A program made the translations under genes and the position numbers. A DNA stretch of 64,000 nt from an uncultured Flavobacteriaceae bacterium (GTDB lineage Bacteria > Bacteroidota > Bacteroidia > Flavobacteriales > Flavobacteriaceae), in assembly GCA_943789465.1 (NCBI GenBank), contig CALSUF010000002.1:631952-695951 (forward strand), read 5' to 3'. Under the pieces are notes generated by a model that was not told where the DNA came from, searched no databases, and saw only the letters and a list, made by a program, of their open reading frames with translations. This document shows positions 36,844 through 47,606 of the stretch, piece by piece (the stretch's first letter is position 1; every line of letters starts with the position of its first letter).

Positions 36844-38775
36844 TTAGTTTTCAATAGTTACTAGTGGACTGACTGTTATATCTAGCGTATAGTGACCTCC
36901 AGAATAATTTACATTTGCAAAATGACCATCGGCATCAGCAGTCCAAATTGAACCATCAGAAATACCGGCAGGACCTGCTATTCTATAAATTGCTTTTTGA
37001 TCACCATTAGAATGCTCAGAAGGAGTTGTGAAATCATAGATTTTCACATTATTTTCTGTGTATAGGATGTATTGAGTATCAGCAATTCTATTATAATAAC
37101 CTCCACCAAATTGCGCCCATCCATATATAGTCATTTCTTTGAATTCAGAGATATTGTAAGGAGTATTAAAAAGAATCGTTCCAGTATCACCACCGTTGTA
37201 AGTATAATTATTTGTATCTGTTTTATTATCTCCAATCATGTGAATTATATCTCTTGTACCGCCAAAATTAGGGGATTGATGATTAACATTAGTTGTTGAT
37301 GCTGTTGCATAAGCTGGTCTTGCAGCGTCAAATTCTCCGCTATCACTATCCACAATAAAATGCATTGCTCTGATAGTTTGGTGTCCTCCAATTGATTTTT
37401 TAATTTCAATTTTTTTGATATTTGCAAATTCACTCGGAAGAATAGCATTAGTCATATCGGCGCCGCTTAAATCAGCCCCACTTAAATCAACACCACTTAA
37501 ATCGACACCACTCAAGTCTTGATTTATTAAGTCTGCGTTAGATAGATCAACTCTTGGTCCAACAATATAACCATTAACAATTGAGTATCCTGGCGGTAAT
37601 GTAGGATTTCCTGAAACATTTCCAGAACTGACACCAGTAAAAGTTGCACCAGAAAAATCAATTCCTGTTAAATCAATTCCTGATAAATCAGCAGAATATA
37701 GGTCAGAATTTGTAAAATTACTACTCCCATTTTGTATCATTAATCTTATTAAAGATCTAGCAGGAGCAGCTGAACTTGAAATACTAGACTCTCCTTGAAT
37801 TCCTTGAGGCCCAGTTTCTCCAGAAGGACCTGTTAAGTCAGAGGTTGTGAAAGTTGTTCCATCATCAAAAGACAATGTAAATGTTCCATTATTATTATCT
37901 GTTGCGGAAACAATTCCATTCCCAGCAGAACCAGCATTTCCAGGTGGTCCTACTAGACCTTGTGCACCATCTGCACCATCTGCACCTGGAGCACCTGCAG
38001 CACCTATACTTCCTGTTGGACCTATTGGACCTTGAGCACCATCAACTCCGTCAACACCTGCTGGGCCTGGAGCACCTTGGTTTCCTTGAGGACCTGCTGG
38101 ACCGATTGGACCTATTGGACCTTGAGCGCCATCTGCACCATCTGCACCTGCTGGACCTTGATTTCCTTGAGCTCCTGCAGCACCTATACTTCCCGTTGGA
38201 CCTATTGGACCCTGAGTACCAGTCTCGCCTTGTATTCCTTGGTCGCCTTGTACACCTTGAGCACCATCAACTCCGTCTTGACCATCAACACCTGCTGGGC
38301 CTGGAGCACCTTGATTTCCTTGAGGACCTGCTGGACCGATTGGACCTATTGGACCCGGAACTGTTGAGTCCGCGCCAACTGGACCTTGAACACCTTGATT
38401 TCCTGCTGGGCCTTGAACACCTGCTGGACCCTGAGCACCATCTTCGCCATCTGCACCTGCTAATCCTTGAGGACCTGCTGGACCTTGTGGACCTGTTAGA
38501 CCTTGAGGACCAACTACGCCATCAATTTTTGCCCAAGCTGTTCCATTATAAAAATAAAATCCTGATATTTCATCTGTTTGATAAATCATTAAACCTGTAG
38601 CAGGTGCTGAAATATCATCACGCTGCGTCTCTGTGAGACGTGGAATTAAAATACCTCCTGTGGTGGATTCAATTTCTAATGCCGAAGAAGCATTTGGGGT
38701 ATTGGTATTAATACCAACCTGAGCGTAGCTGAGTACTGTAAATAGCATGACTATCAAAAAGTTGATTTTTTTCAT
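36844..38775 (-). CDS. Secreted collagen-like (G-X-Y) protein with C-terminal pentapeptide-repeat and globular domains; paralog family N-domain
   Basis: Signal peptide MKKINFLIVMLFTVLSYAQ. Conserved 80-aa N-domain VGINTNTPNASSALEIESTTGGILIPRLTETQRD...GLMIYQTDEISGFYFYNGTAWAKIDG. About 70 uninterrupted GXY triplets. Pentapeptide repeats ADLSGIDLTGIDFSGATFTG and DLSGVDLSGVDLSGADLSGADM. Confidence 0.8.
   Translation of the reverse strand: MKKINFLIVMLFTVLSYAQVGINTNTPNASSALEIESTTGGILIPRLTETQRDDISAPATGLMIYQTDEISGFYFYNGTAWAKIDGVVGPQGLTGPQGPAGPQGLAGADGEDGAQGPAGVQGPAGNQGVQGPVGADSTVPGPIGPIGPAGPQGNQGAPGPAGVDGQDGVDGAQGVQGDQGIQGETGTQGPIGPTGSIGAAGAQGNQGPAGADGADGAQGPIGPIGPAGPQGNQGAPGPAGVDGVDGAQGPIGPTGSIGAAGAPGADGADGAQGLVGPPGNAGSAGNGIVSATDNNNGTFTLSFDDGTTFTTSDLTGPSGETGPQGIQGESSISSSAAPARSLIRLMIQNGSSNFTNSDLYSADLSGIDLTGIDFSGATFTGVSSGNVSGNPTLPPGYSIVNGYIVGPRVDLSNADLINQDLSGVDLSGVDLSGADLSGADMTNAILPSEFANIKKIEIKKSIGGHQTIRAMHFIVDSDSGEFDAARPAYATASTTNVNHQSPNFGGTRDIIHMIGDNKTDTNNYTYNGGDTGTILFNTPYNISEFKEMTIYGWAQFGGGYYNRIADTQYILYTENNVKIYDFTTPSEHSNGDQKAIYRIAGPAGISDGSIWTADADGHFANVNYSGGHYTLDITVSPLVTIEN
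38172..38410. repeat. About 240-bp collagen-coding tract, near-identical to 39497..39736 and 48950..49190 (an inter-paralog homogenised segment)
   Basis: DNA identity is visible by eye (...cctatacttcccgttggacctattggaccctgagtaccagtctcgccttgtattccttggtcgccttgtacaccttgagcaccatcaactccgtcttgaccatcaacacctgctgggcctggagcaccttgatttccttgaggacctgctggaccgattggacc...). Antisense shadow ORFs 37881..38600, 39428..39754 and 48902..49600 share identical peptides. Confidence 0.75.
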
Positions 38776-38813
38776 TGTGGTATGTTTTATTAAATTATGA
38801 TTATATATTTTTT

Positions 38814-40355
38814 CTAATTAATTAATATAAAATTTGAAACACCATGATAAGAAAAAATACCTTTATGGTCAGTGTTATTATCAAAATAAGGTATTGTTGA
38901 AGTTTCTTCAACGTTATAATTTGATGGAATACTAGAAGATAAAATATCCTCTGTTTTATGAGTTTGAAGATTTAAAAATAATGAAGAATCAAAACTATAG
39001 TTGCCAATATTTGAAGTTCTTGTGGTGAAACTGTTGCTGTATCCAATATATAATATTCTGTAAGTTTTACCTGGACTTAGAATCAAATCAGGGTATTCAT
39101 TTGTGCTTATGTAAGAATAAATTTTTGCTCCAAACCCATCGTTAATATTATCATTATCTTCAAAAATATATGGTGCAGCAGATGCGTAATTACCTCCATC
39201 AGATTTTGGAATTTTACCTATACTAATTCTTTTTGCTACTTGAAAGGAAATTATGTAACTAACATTATATGTATTCGATGTAGAACTGGACGTAGGAGTA
39301 CTTAAAAAATTAACGTATGTACTACTAACTGTTTCACTTGAACTAGTATAGACGTATAAGTTTTGTTTAGTAATATCAAAAACTAAATCCCCATCACTTA
39401 AACCCTCTATGCTACTAATATCAGAGTATGCTACTACATAAGCATTATTTGCTTGGAATGATTCACCAGAAGGACCAACTGGACCTTGTGCACCAGGAGC
39501 TCCTGCAGCACCTATACTTCCCGTTGGACCTATTGGACCCTGAGTACCAGTCTCGCCTTGTATTCCTTGGTCGCCTTGTACACCTTGAGCACCATCAACT
39601 CCGTCTTGACCATCAACACCTGCTGGGCCTGGAGCACCTTGATTTCCTTGAGGACCTGCTGGACCGATTGGACCTATTGGACCCGGAACTGTTGAGTCCG
39701 CGCCAACTGGACCTTGAACACCTTGATTTCCTGCTGGGCCGATTGGACCTTTAGCGCCATCTGCACCATCTGCGCCATCAGCACCGGCTGGACCTGCTGG
39801 ACCTTGTAAACCTTGTGAACCTGTTGGACCTACTGAGCCTACTGGACCTTGAGCACCATCTTCGCCATCTGCACCTGCTAATCCTTGAGGACCTGCTGGA
39901 CCTTGAGCACCATCAACTCCGTCAACACCTGCTGAGCCTACTGGACCTTGAGCACCAGTATCTCCTTGTATTCCTTGGTCACCTTGTGGGCCTTGAACAC
40001 CTGCTGGACCCTGAGCACCATCTTCGCCATCTGCACCTGCTAATCCTTGAGGACCTGCTGGACCTGCTGGACCTTGTGGACCTGCTGGACCGGCTACACC
40101 ATCAATTTTTGTCCATCCTGTTCCATTGTAAAAATAAAAACCTGATACTTCATCTGTTTGATAAATCATCAATCCCGAAGCTGGTGATACAATCGCATCT
40201 CGCTGTATTTCTGTTAATCTAGGAATGAGAATTCCTCCAGTGGTTGATTCAATGTCTAATGCCGATGAAGCATTTGGGGTATTGGTATTGATACCAACCT
40301 GAGCATAGCTCAATGCTGTAAACAGCATGAGAGTGATTAAAGTAATTTTTCTCAT
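38814..40355 (-). CDS. Secreted collagen-like protein (paralog) with a distinct Ser/Thr/Asn-rich C-terminal domain
   Basis: The same signal peptide and N-domain (MRKITLITLMLFTALSYAQVGINTNTPNASSALDIESTTGGILIPRLTEIQRD...). About 70 GXY triplets. Confidence 0.8.
   Translation of the reverse strand: MRKITLITLMLFTALSYAQVGINTNTPNASSALDIESTTGGILIPRLTEIQRDAIVSPASGLMIYQTDEVSGFYFYNGTGWTKIDGVAGPAGPQGPAGPAGPQGLAGADGEDGAQGPAGVQGPQGDQGIQGDTGAQGPVGSAGVDGVDGAQGPAGPQGLAGADGEDGAQGPVGSVGPTGSQGLQGPAGPAGADGADGADGAKGPIGPAGNQGVQGPVGADSTVPGPIGPIGPAGPQGNQGAPGPAGVDGQDGVDGAQGVQGDQGIQGETGTQGPIGPTGSIGAAGAPGAQGPVGPSGESFQANNAYVVAYSDISSIEGLSDGDLVFDITKQNLYVYTSSSETVSSTYVNFLSTPTSSSTSNTYNVSYIISFQVAKRISIGKIPKSDGGNYASAAPYIFEDNDNINDGFGAKIYSYISTNEYPDLILSPGKTYRILYIGYSNSFTTRTSNIGNYSFDSSLFLNLQTHKTEDILSSSIPSNYNVEETSTIPYFDNNTDHKGIFSYHGVSNFILIN
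39497..39736. repeat. Copy of the shared about 240-bp collagen-coding tract
   Basis: See 38172..38410. Confidence 0.7.
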
Positions 40356-40356
40356 C

Positions 40357-41055
40357 TTATTTTTTTATGATTTTAAACGTTGAGATTTGGTTTTTTGTGT
40401 TTTGTAAATTCAGTAAATAAACTCCTGTAGGTAGGTCTGTAACATCCAGTTCTAAGGCATTTGACTCTAATATTTTTTGACCTACTGTATTGAATAATGT
40501 AGAGTGTTGTGGAGAATTAGAAACTATAATTATTTTATCGGTTGTTGGATTTGGGTAAACCCTTACTATATCATTTAGTGTTTCTGTTTTTATGGTGAGT
40601 GTTGCTGATGAAGCACTTGCTGTAACTTGTTTAAAGCCAACAAGCTCTGTAAAATCATAGCTCAATATGTTATTCACATCATCAATAGTTGGTGCAAGGT
40701 TATTCCAAACATCATTGGCATCCAATACTTCTAGAACTAATTCTGCTTCGTCAATACCATTGAGCTCAGAGTTTAAATAACGAAAAGAAAGTATTCCTGA
40801 ATAATCAGTTAGTTCATTTGATAATTCATAAACTCTTTCAATACTAGAGTTATTTCCAACAACTATTGGGGTAGTCGATCGAGCAATAGAATTAGGCCCT
40901 GTTATGGTATGAGATACACTAGGGGATAATTCTAATCCGTCTACTGAAACAGAACTATTGGAGTTAACGCTAACAAAACTTCCTGATTCAACGCTAAGAG
41001 TTTGGCTAAAACAAAAGGAGGTCGCTAGCAATATAGCGAAATGTAATTTGTGCAT
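40357..41055 (-). CDS. Small T9SS-secreted protein (Por C-terminal sorting domain)
   Basis: Signal peptide [19 protein letters not shown]-terminus RVYPNPTTDKIIIVS...TGVYLLNLQNTKNQISTFKIIKK. Its stop lies 1 nt before the collagen gene start. Confidence 0.7.
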   Translation of the reverse strand: MHKLHFAILLATSFCFSQTLSVESGSFVSVNSNSSVSVDGLELSPSVSHTITGPNSIARSTTPIVVGNNSSIERVYELSNELTDYSGILSFRYLNSELNGIDEAELVLEVLDANDVWNNLAPTIDDVNNILSYDFTELVGFKQVTASASSATLTIKTETLNDIVRVYPNPTTDKIIIVSNSPQHSTLFNTVGQKILESNALELDVTDLPTGVYLLNLQNTKNQISTFKIIKK

Positions 41056-41179
41056 GGTTAAAGGTTAAATTGGAATAGCAATATAGTTTAAAAAAATATA
41101 AAAACCGATACATAGTTGATACAAAACTATTAATGCAATATTAATTACATTTTATTTGAAAGAATTGAACCTCTTTAAA

Positions 41180-41220
41180 TCCTCAACAAAATAGTTCGAC
41201 TTCACTCCCTTTGGCTCCAC
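41180..41220 (+). repeat. Dispersed intergenic box, copy E (consensus-identical: TCCTCAACAAAATAGTTCGACTTCACTCCCTTTGGCTCCAC)
   Basis: Followed by the small hairpin cctg-atattcaa-cagg and then the conserved-loop terminator at 41261. Confidence 0.6.
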
Positions 41221-41260
41221 TTTAAAGCGACCTGATATTCAACAGGATTAAAAACAAAAA

Positions 41261-41292
41261 ATCTGCCAAGCTTGCTTGAACAGATTTTTTAT
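41261..41292. terminator. Bidirectional intrinsic terminator: A-run, stem atctg/cagat, loop ccaagcttgcttgaa, T-run
   Basis: aaaaacaaaaaatctgccaagcttgcttgaacagattttttatttt. Positioned to terminate the minus-strand 41435..46483 gene. Confidence 0.55.
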
Positions 41293-41434
41293 TTTAAGAC
41301 TGCTGGTCTGTAAGAACAGTGCCAGGGCATTTCCTAAGCGAGAGGCTAGAGAAAAACCAACAGTTATTCTTGGTGTTTGCACAATAAAAAACCCCTACAT
41401 TTCTGTAGGGGTTGTATTTTAAGGTATGTCTTGT

Positions 41435-44400
41435 TTAATTCTTTATAATTCTTTGTGTAGTGAGTTTAGCACCATCAGAAAGTTGTAGGATGTAGACTCC
41501 TTTTTCTAGTTGGCTAATATCTATACTATTTGTAATAGACTTATTCATTAGTTGCTTTCCAAGTATATCATATACAACTACTTTTAATTGAGTGTAATTA
41601 CCGTCTATGTATACTATATCTGAAGTAGGATTTGGATAAACAGAAAGCCCTAATTCAAATGCATGATCTCCCACACTTAATGCACTACAAGCTGCTTCAT
41701 CTTCAACAAAAGTAGCTGCAGGATCAATAGTTGTCCAATTTGTAGAACTATAGTCAGCATTGTCCACAAAAATACAGCTCAAATTAGGATTGTTTGTAGC
41801 AATAAAATAAGTAATGCTTGCATTATTTTCGTTTCTAATATCTAATGTTTCTAATTGATTATTATCAACACTCAAAATTTCCAAATTAGTGTTACTACTA
41901 AGATCTAAAGTTGTTAAATTATTTGAATTACAAGTCAAAATCTCTAAGGCAGGATTACTACTTACAATTAGTTCTGTTAATTGGTTATCATAACTAGCCA
42001 AAATCTCTAAGGCAGTATTACTACTCACAATTAGCTCTGTTAATTCATTAGAATTACAAATCAACGTAATCAAGTTTGCATTACTACTGACATCTAAACT
42101 TCTTAATCCATTGTTATTACATTCCAAATACTCCAAAGCAGTATTTTGACTCACATCTAAACTTGTTAATTGATTATTTTCGCATCTCAAATAGTCCAAA
42201 GCCGTAAATCCTTCTATTCCTGTCAAATCTGAAATATATAAACCTCCTAAATTTATACTTGTTATGCCATTAATATTTGCAGTTAATACTTGACCATCAA
42301 TTTCTCCCGAGTCTAGATTATAATCTATTAGGGCTTGTTCAAAATTGGCATCTGGAATGGAGGTGATTGAAGGACAAGTACCCCAAACTGGTGTATTACT
42401 CTCAGCCAATGGTGAATCAACACTAAAATTACTTGGCTCTGAAGTAATATCTGTAACACACCAATTTGATATATCTTGATTGAAAGCAGATGCTTGATAA
42501 AACATAGCTTCCATATTAGTAACACTACTCACATCCCATTCACTTATATCTTGATTGAAAGAAAATGCTCCAGCAAACATTTCTAACATTTCAGTCACAT
42601 TACTCACACCCCAAGCATTCAATGGTTGATTGAAAGATGATGCCCCAAAAAACATAAAAGACATATTAATAACGCTGCTCACATCCCATTCACTTATATC
42701 TTGATTGAAAGAAAATGCTCCAGCAAACATACTAACCATATTAGTCACACTACTTGTATCCCATTCACTTATATCTTGATTGAAAGATGATGCTTGATAA
42801 AACATACCACTCATATCAGTCACACTACTTGTATTCCAATCATTTAGTGGTTGATTGAAAACAGTTGCTCTAGCAAACATACCACTCATATCAGTCACAC
42901 TACTTGTATTCCAATCATTTAGTGGTTGATTGAAAGATGATGCATTATAAAACATATAACTCATATTAGTCACACTACTCACATCCCAAGAACTGATATC
43001 TTGATTGAAAGCAGTTGCTGATTCAAACAAATAATTCATATTAGTCACATTACCTGTATCCCAAGCACTTATATCTCCATTAAAAGTGTTTTTATCTTCA
43101 AATGCATCACTCATATCCGTTACTTGGCTCACGTCCCAATCTGGCATTAAACCGTATTCACTATCTGAACATAGACCATCTTCTGGATTTGTACTTAAAC
43201 AAGTGTTTATAGCAGTATAAAAATTATCATCTGTAATTGGGGTTAGATTGCTTGGACAAGTACCCCAAACTGGTGTATTACTCTCAGCCAATGGTGAATC
43301 AATACTAAAATTACTTGGCTCTGAAGTAATATTTGAAACACACCAATTGGATATATCTTGATTGAAAGCTGATGCTTCTAAAAACATAGAATCCATATTA
43401 GTAACACTACTCACATCCCAAGAACTTATATCTTGATTGAAAGCAGATGCAGAATAAAACATTTCATACATATTAATCACATTAGCCACATCCCAAGAAC
43501 CTATATCTTGATTGAATTCTGTTGCAGAATCAAACATACTATCCATTCTACTAACACTACTTACATCCCAAGAACTTATGTCTTGATTGAAAGATGATGC
43601 TTCTTCAAACATATAACTCATATCAGTAACACTACTTGTATTCCAATCATTTAGTGGTTGATTGAAATCGGATGCAAGAGCAAACATACCAACCATATTA
43701 GTCACACTACTTGTAACCCAATCATTCAATGGTTGATTGAAAGATGATGCATAAAAAAACATATAACTCATTTCAGTAACACTACTTGTATTCCAAGAAC
43801 TTATGTCTTGATTGAATTCTGTTGCAGAATAAAACATATAACTCATATCAGTAACACTACTTGTATTCCAATCATTCAATGGTTGATTGAAAGATGATGC
43901 ATAAAAAAACATATAACTCATTTCAGTAACACTACTTGTATTCCAAGAACTTATGTCTTGATTGAATTCTGTTGCAGAATAAAACATATAACTCATATCA
44001 GTAACACTACTCACATCCCAAGCACCAATAGGTTGATTGAAAGCCGATGCCCCTGCAAACATATAACTCATATTAGTCACACTACTCACATTCCAAGAAC
44101 TTATATCTTGATTTAATTCTGTTGCAGAATCAAACATACCATACATAGTTGTAACACTAATTGTATTCCAAGAACTTATATCTTGATTGAAAGATGATGC
44201 TTGATAAAACATATCTAACATATCAATCACATTACTCACATTCCAATTAGAAATATCTTCATTAAAATTTCGTTTTCCATCAAATAAAGAACTCATATCT
44301 GTAATTAAAGAAACATCCCAAGTATTCATTGCTCCGTAAGTTCCTGAGCCTTGTTCGGATGGTACTGGACTATCTGCAGTAATCGTCCCATCAATCCAAC

Positions 44401-46483
44401 CGTTCACGGCTGATTGTAATTCAGCTTTTGTTCTTGGTTGAAACATATTAAGAGCAACATCCGAAAGTCTCCAAACATCATTACTATCTCGTGTTATGGT
44501 AGGAGTTGGATTGTATCCTAAATCTAGAGCAGCCGCTGCACCACTAAACATATTGGTGACATTAACCGTTTCACTTTTTAATTGCCAGGTCCAAAGGTTT
44601 TGATTAAATAATACTGCATTATAAAACATACTGTCCATTGAATCTACATTACTAACATCCCAAGAACCAATATCTTGATTGAAAGATGATGCTTCTTCAA
44701 ACATAAAACCCATATTAGTCACACTACTTGTATCCCATTCACTTATGTCTTGATTGAAAGATGATGCTTTATAAAACATAGTTAACATATTAGTAACACT
44801 ACTTGTATCCCAAGCATTTAGTGGTTGATTGAAAGATGATGCTTCATAAAACATAAAACTCATAGTAGTCACACTACTTGTACCCCAAGAACTTATGTCT
44901 TGATTGAAAGATGATGCATCATAAAACATACCCTCCATATCAGTCACATTACTCACATCCCAAGCATTCAATGGTTGATTGAAAGATGATGCCCCAAAAA
45001 ACATACCACGCATAGTAGTCACACTACTTGTATTCCAATAATTCAATGGTTGATTGAAAGATGATGCATCCGAAAACATTCGATACATATTAGCAACATT
45101 ACTCACATTCCAATTAGAAATATCTTCATTAAAATTTTGTTTACCATCAAATAAATAACTCATATCTGTAATTAAAGAAACATCCCAAGTATTCATTGCT
45201 CCGTAAGTTCCTGAGCCTTGTTCGGATGGTACTGAACTATCTGCAGTAATTGTGCCATCAATCCAACCGTTCACGGCTGATTGTAATTCAGCTTTTGTTC
45301 TTGGTTGAAACATATTAAGAGCAACATCCGAAAGTCTCCAAATTTCATTACTATATTGTGTTATGGAAGGAGTTGTATTGTATCCTAAAGCTCGAGCAGC
45401 CGTTGCTAAATAAAACATATCCGTAACACTCACCTCACCACTTTTTAATTGCCAGGTCCAAAGGTTTTGATTAAATAATACTGCATTACTAAACATATAA
45501 CCCATATCAGTCACACTACTCACATTCCAAGCACTAATATCTTGATTGAAAGATGATGCATGTGCAAACATAGCATACATATCAGTCACACTACTCACAT
45601 TCCAAGTATTCAATGGTTGATTGAAAGATGATGCATCTGCAAACATACCATACATAGTTGTAACACTACTCACATTCCAATTAGAAATATCTTCATTAAA
45701 ATTTTGTTTTTCCTCAAATAAAGAACTCATATCTGTAATTAAAGAAACATCCCAAGTATTCATTGCTCCATAAGTTCCTGAGCCTTGTTGGGATGGTACT
45801 GGACTATCTGCAGTAATCGTCCCATCAATCCAACCGTTCACGGCTGATTGTAATTCAGCTTTTGTTGTTGGTTGAAACATATTAAGAGCAACATCCGAAA
45901 GTCTCCAAATTCCATTACTATCTTGTGTTATGGAAGGAGTTGTATTGTATCCTAACGCTAGAGCAGCCGTTGCACCATTAAACATATTGGTGACCCTAAC
46001 CGTTTCACTTTTTAATTGCCAGTTCCAAAGGTTTTTATTAAATAATACTGCATTCTCAAACAAATTTATCATGTTAGTCACATTACTCACATCCCAAGAA
46101 CTTATGTCTTGATTGAATTCTGTTGCAGAATCAAACATACCAACCATATTAGTCACACTACTTGTATTCCAATCATTCAATGGTTGATTGAAAGATGATG
46201 CATAAACAAACATATAACTCATATCAGTAACACTACTTGTATTCCATTCACTTATATCTGCATTGAAAGCGGTTTTTTCTAAAAATGCATTGGACATATC
46301 TGTTACTTGGCTTACATCCCAATCTGGCATTGCACCATATTCACTATCTGAACACATTCCATCCTCTGGATTGCTAGTTAAACAAGTATTTATTGCAGTT
46401 TGAAAATTAGCATCTGTAATGGGGGTGTTTTGACTAAAGCAAAAAGAAGTGGCTAGTAATAAAACAAATTGTAACTTTAACAT
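41435..46483 (-). CDS. Giant T9SS-secreted surface protein (1682 aa): about 35 DUF285 (BspA/Mycoplasma-lipoprotein-type) repeats, C-terminal leucine-rich repeats and a Por sorting domain
   Basis: Signal peptide [18 protein letters not shown]. Reiterated approximately 26-aa DUF285 unit ([40 protein letters not shown]). LRR block [36 protein letters not shown].... C-terminus [34 protein letters not shown]...[21 protein letters not shown]. Internal large duplications (three copies of [57 protein letters not shown]). Confidence 0.85.
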   Translation of the reverse strand: MLKLQFVLLLATSFCFSQNTPITDANFQTAINTCLTSNPEDGMCSDSEYGAMPDWDVSQVTDMSNAFLEKTAFNADISEWNTSSVTDMSYMFVYASSFNQPLNDWNTSSVTNMVGMFDSATEFNQDISSWDVSNVTNMINLFENAVLFNKNLWNWQLKSETVRVTNMFNGATAALALGYNTTPSITQDSNGIWRLSDVALNMFQPTTKAELQSAVNGWIDGTITADSPVPSQQGSGTYGAMNTWDVSLITDMSSLFEEKQNFNEDISNWNVSSVTTMYGMFADASSFNQPLNTWNVSSVTDMYAMFAHASSFNQDISAWNVSSVTDMGYMFSNAVLFNQNLWTWQLKSGEVSVTDMFYLATAARALGYNTTPSITQYSNEIWRLSDVALNMFQPRTKAELQSAVNGWIDGTITADSSVPSEQGSGTYGAMNTWDVSLITDMSYLFDGKQNFNEDISNWNVSNVANMYRMFSDASSFNQPLNYWNTSSVTTMRGMFFGASSFNQPLNAWDVSNVTDMEGMFYDASSFNQDISSWGTSSVTTMSFMFYEASSFNQPLNAWDTSSVTNMLTMFYKASSFNQDISEWDTSSVTNMGFMFEEASSFNQDIGSWDVSNVDSMDSMFYNAVLFNQNLWTWQLKSETVNVTNMFSGAAAALDLGYNPTPTITRDSNDVWRLSDVALNMFQPRTKAELQSAVNGWIDGTITADSPVPSEQGSGTYGAMNTWDVSLITDMSSLFDGKRNFNEDISNWNVSNVIDMLDMFYQASSFNQDISSWNTISVTTMYGMFDSATELNQDISSWNVSSVTNMSYMFAGASAFNQPIGAWDVSSVTDMSYMFYSATEFNQDISSWNTSSVTEMSYMFFYASSFNQPLNDWNTSSVTDMSYMFYSATEFNQDISSWNTSSVTEMSYMFFYASSFNQPLNDWVTSSVTNMVGMFALASDFNQPLNDWNTSSVTDMSYMFEEASSFNQDISSWDVSSVSRMDSMFDSATEFNQDIGSWDVANVINMYEMFYSASAFNQDISSWDVSSVTNMDSMFLEASAFNQDISNWCVSNITSEPSNFSIDSPLAESNTPVWGTCPSNLTPITDDNFYTAINTCLSTNPEDGLCSDSEYGLMPDWDVSQVTDMSDAFEDKNTFNGDISAWDTGNVTNMNYLFESATAFNQDISSWDVSSVTNMSYMFYNASSFNQPLNDWNTSSVTDMSGMFARATVFNQPLNDWNTSSVTDMSGMFYQASSFNQDISEWDTSSVTNMVSMFAGAFSFNQDISEWDVSSVINMSFMFFGASSFNQPLNAWGVSNVTEMLEMFAGAFSFNQDISEWDVSSVTNMEAMFYQASAFNQDISNWCVTDITSEPSNFSVDSPLAESNTPVWGTCPSITSIPDANFEQALIDYNLDSGEIDGQVLTANINGITSINLGGLYISDLTGIEGFTALDYLRCENNQLTSLDVSQNTALEYLECNNNGLRSLDVSSNANLITLICNSNELTELIVSSNTALEILASYDNQLTELIVSSNPALEILTCNSNNLTTLDLSSNTNLEILSVDNNQLETLDIRNENNASITYFIATNNPNLSCIFVDNADYSSTNWTTIDPAATFVEDEAACSALSVGDHAFELGLSVYPNPTSDIVYIDGNYTQLKVVVYDILGKQLMNKSITNSIDISQLEKGVYILQLSDGAKLTTQRIIKN

Positions 46484-46520
46484 AGGTTATTTTTGAAAAT
46501 TAATTTTCAAAAATAACCTA
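46481..46520. promoter_or_regulatory. Perfect 40-bp AT-rich palindrome ataGGTTATTTTTGAAAATTAATTTTCAAAAATAACCtat, overlapping the start codon of the DUF285 gene and just downstream of the crp/fnr gene
   Basis: The sequence equals its own reverse complement over 40 nt. There is no loop, so it is a cruciform or dimeric-protein operator candidate, or a hairpin that sequesters the start codon. Confidence 0.4.
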
Positions 46521-46561
46521 TTGGAAATCCACACACATTGATCCGGGTTAAGAAATGACCC

Positions 46562-47140
46562 TTATTTTTTAGAAATTCTATTTTTTATCCTACTAAAGCC
46601 TTCAGGACTCATTCCTAAATAGGAAGCAATCATATATTGAGGCACCCTTTGAAAAAATTTAGGTCTAGTATTTATTAATTCCAAATAACGCTCCTCGGGA
46701 GAATTAAGAAAGAATGATTCGTATTTTCCTGAAACTTCCATGTACAAATTCTCAACTATTTTTCTGCTAAGTACTTGAACTTTAGGAAGTTTTTCATAAA
46801 GCATTAAAAGATCATTTCGGTGTATAAGTGTAACTGAGCAGTCTTCCAAGGCTTGAATATAAAATTTAGACTTATTCTCTAAAAGAAAACATGGGTAGTT
46901 AGAAATAAATTCATTGGGGAAAAAAAACCCTCGTATATGCTCAACACCACCAATTAAGTAATAGAAATTAAAAAAACCTTTGTCTACAAATCCAACATGG
47001 TTACAATAGTCGTTTTCTTTTAATAAGTAGTCCCCTTTTTTGTACTTTTTTGTAACAAGAGATGCTGATAAGACCGACCATTCTTCTTCTGTTAAATTTA
47101 CAAAATTAGTTAATAAGGCTTTAATGTTAACATTCATCAT
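46562..47140 (-). CDS. Crp/Fnr-family transcriptional regulator (cNMP-binding domain + C-terminal HTH)
   Basis: Beta-roll cNMP-like region (KKGDYLLKENDYCNHVGFVDKGFF). C-terminal HTH RVPQYMIASYLGMSPEGFSRIKNR. Confidence 0.75.
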   Translation of the reverse strand: MMNVNIKALLTNFVNLTEEEWSVLSASLVTKKYKKGDYLLKENDYCNHVGFVDKGFFNFYYLIGGVEHIRGFFFPNEFISNYPCFLLENKSKFYIQALEDCSVTLIHRNDLLMLYEKLPKVQVLSRKIVENLYMEVSGKYESFFLNSPEERYLELINTRPKFFQRVPQYMIASYLGMSPEGFSRIKNRISKK

Positions 47141-47392
47141 TTTAATTAGTCAATTGGTTTTTTGCAAATGTAAGTCTAATGATTGAATTCTAAGACAAAA
47201 AGCAAGGGCTGTTTTTGGGTAAACCCATTACAGCATACCAATTATAAAGTCTTGGTTTTTTGGAGTCATTATTATAATTAGCCCAAGCACCTTTGGTTAG
47301 GCTTTCCCGCTGAGTTGGATCAATAACTTGTGGAATGGTGGTACCATCTCTTTGAGAAACCATCTTGGCGTTTTCTGTTTAATTTTTCCAAA

Positions 47393-47433
47393 TCCTTACC
47401 AAAATGGTTCGACTTTTCTCCCTTTGGCTCCAC
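47393..47433 (+). repeat. Dispersed intergenic box, copy F (TCCTTACCAAAATGGTTCGACTTTTCTCCCTTTGGCTCCAC), followed by the cccaagaataat...atccttgg hairpin as in copy C
   Basis: Matches the box consensus. Its trailing hairpin/T-run is shared with copy C. Confidence 0.6.
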
Positions 47434-47606
47434 TTTTTATTCCCAAGAATAATTTTTTATCCTTGGAAATAATTTTTTAATTATTTGCAGAAAATTAGTT
47501 CTTATTAAACTTTAAATTAAATCAACAATATCAAATTGTTATAAAAATAGCATATAAAAACACCACTCAATATTGAGTGGTGTTTATAAGTTTAATTTAA
47601 AAAGTT

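Noticed and set aside
8034-47433. tRNA genes or tRNA-derived att sites within the dispersed box (GTTCGACTTCACTCC resembles a T-arm)
   Set aside because: No acceptor/D/anticodon stems can be folded around the motif, and the flanks are not conserved like integration sites. No tRNA cloverleaf was found anywhere in the window.
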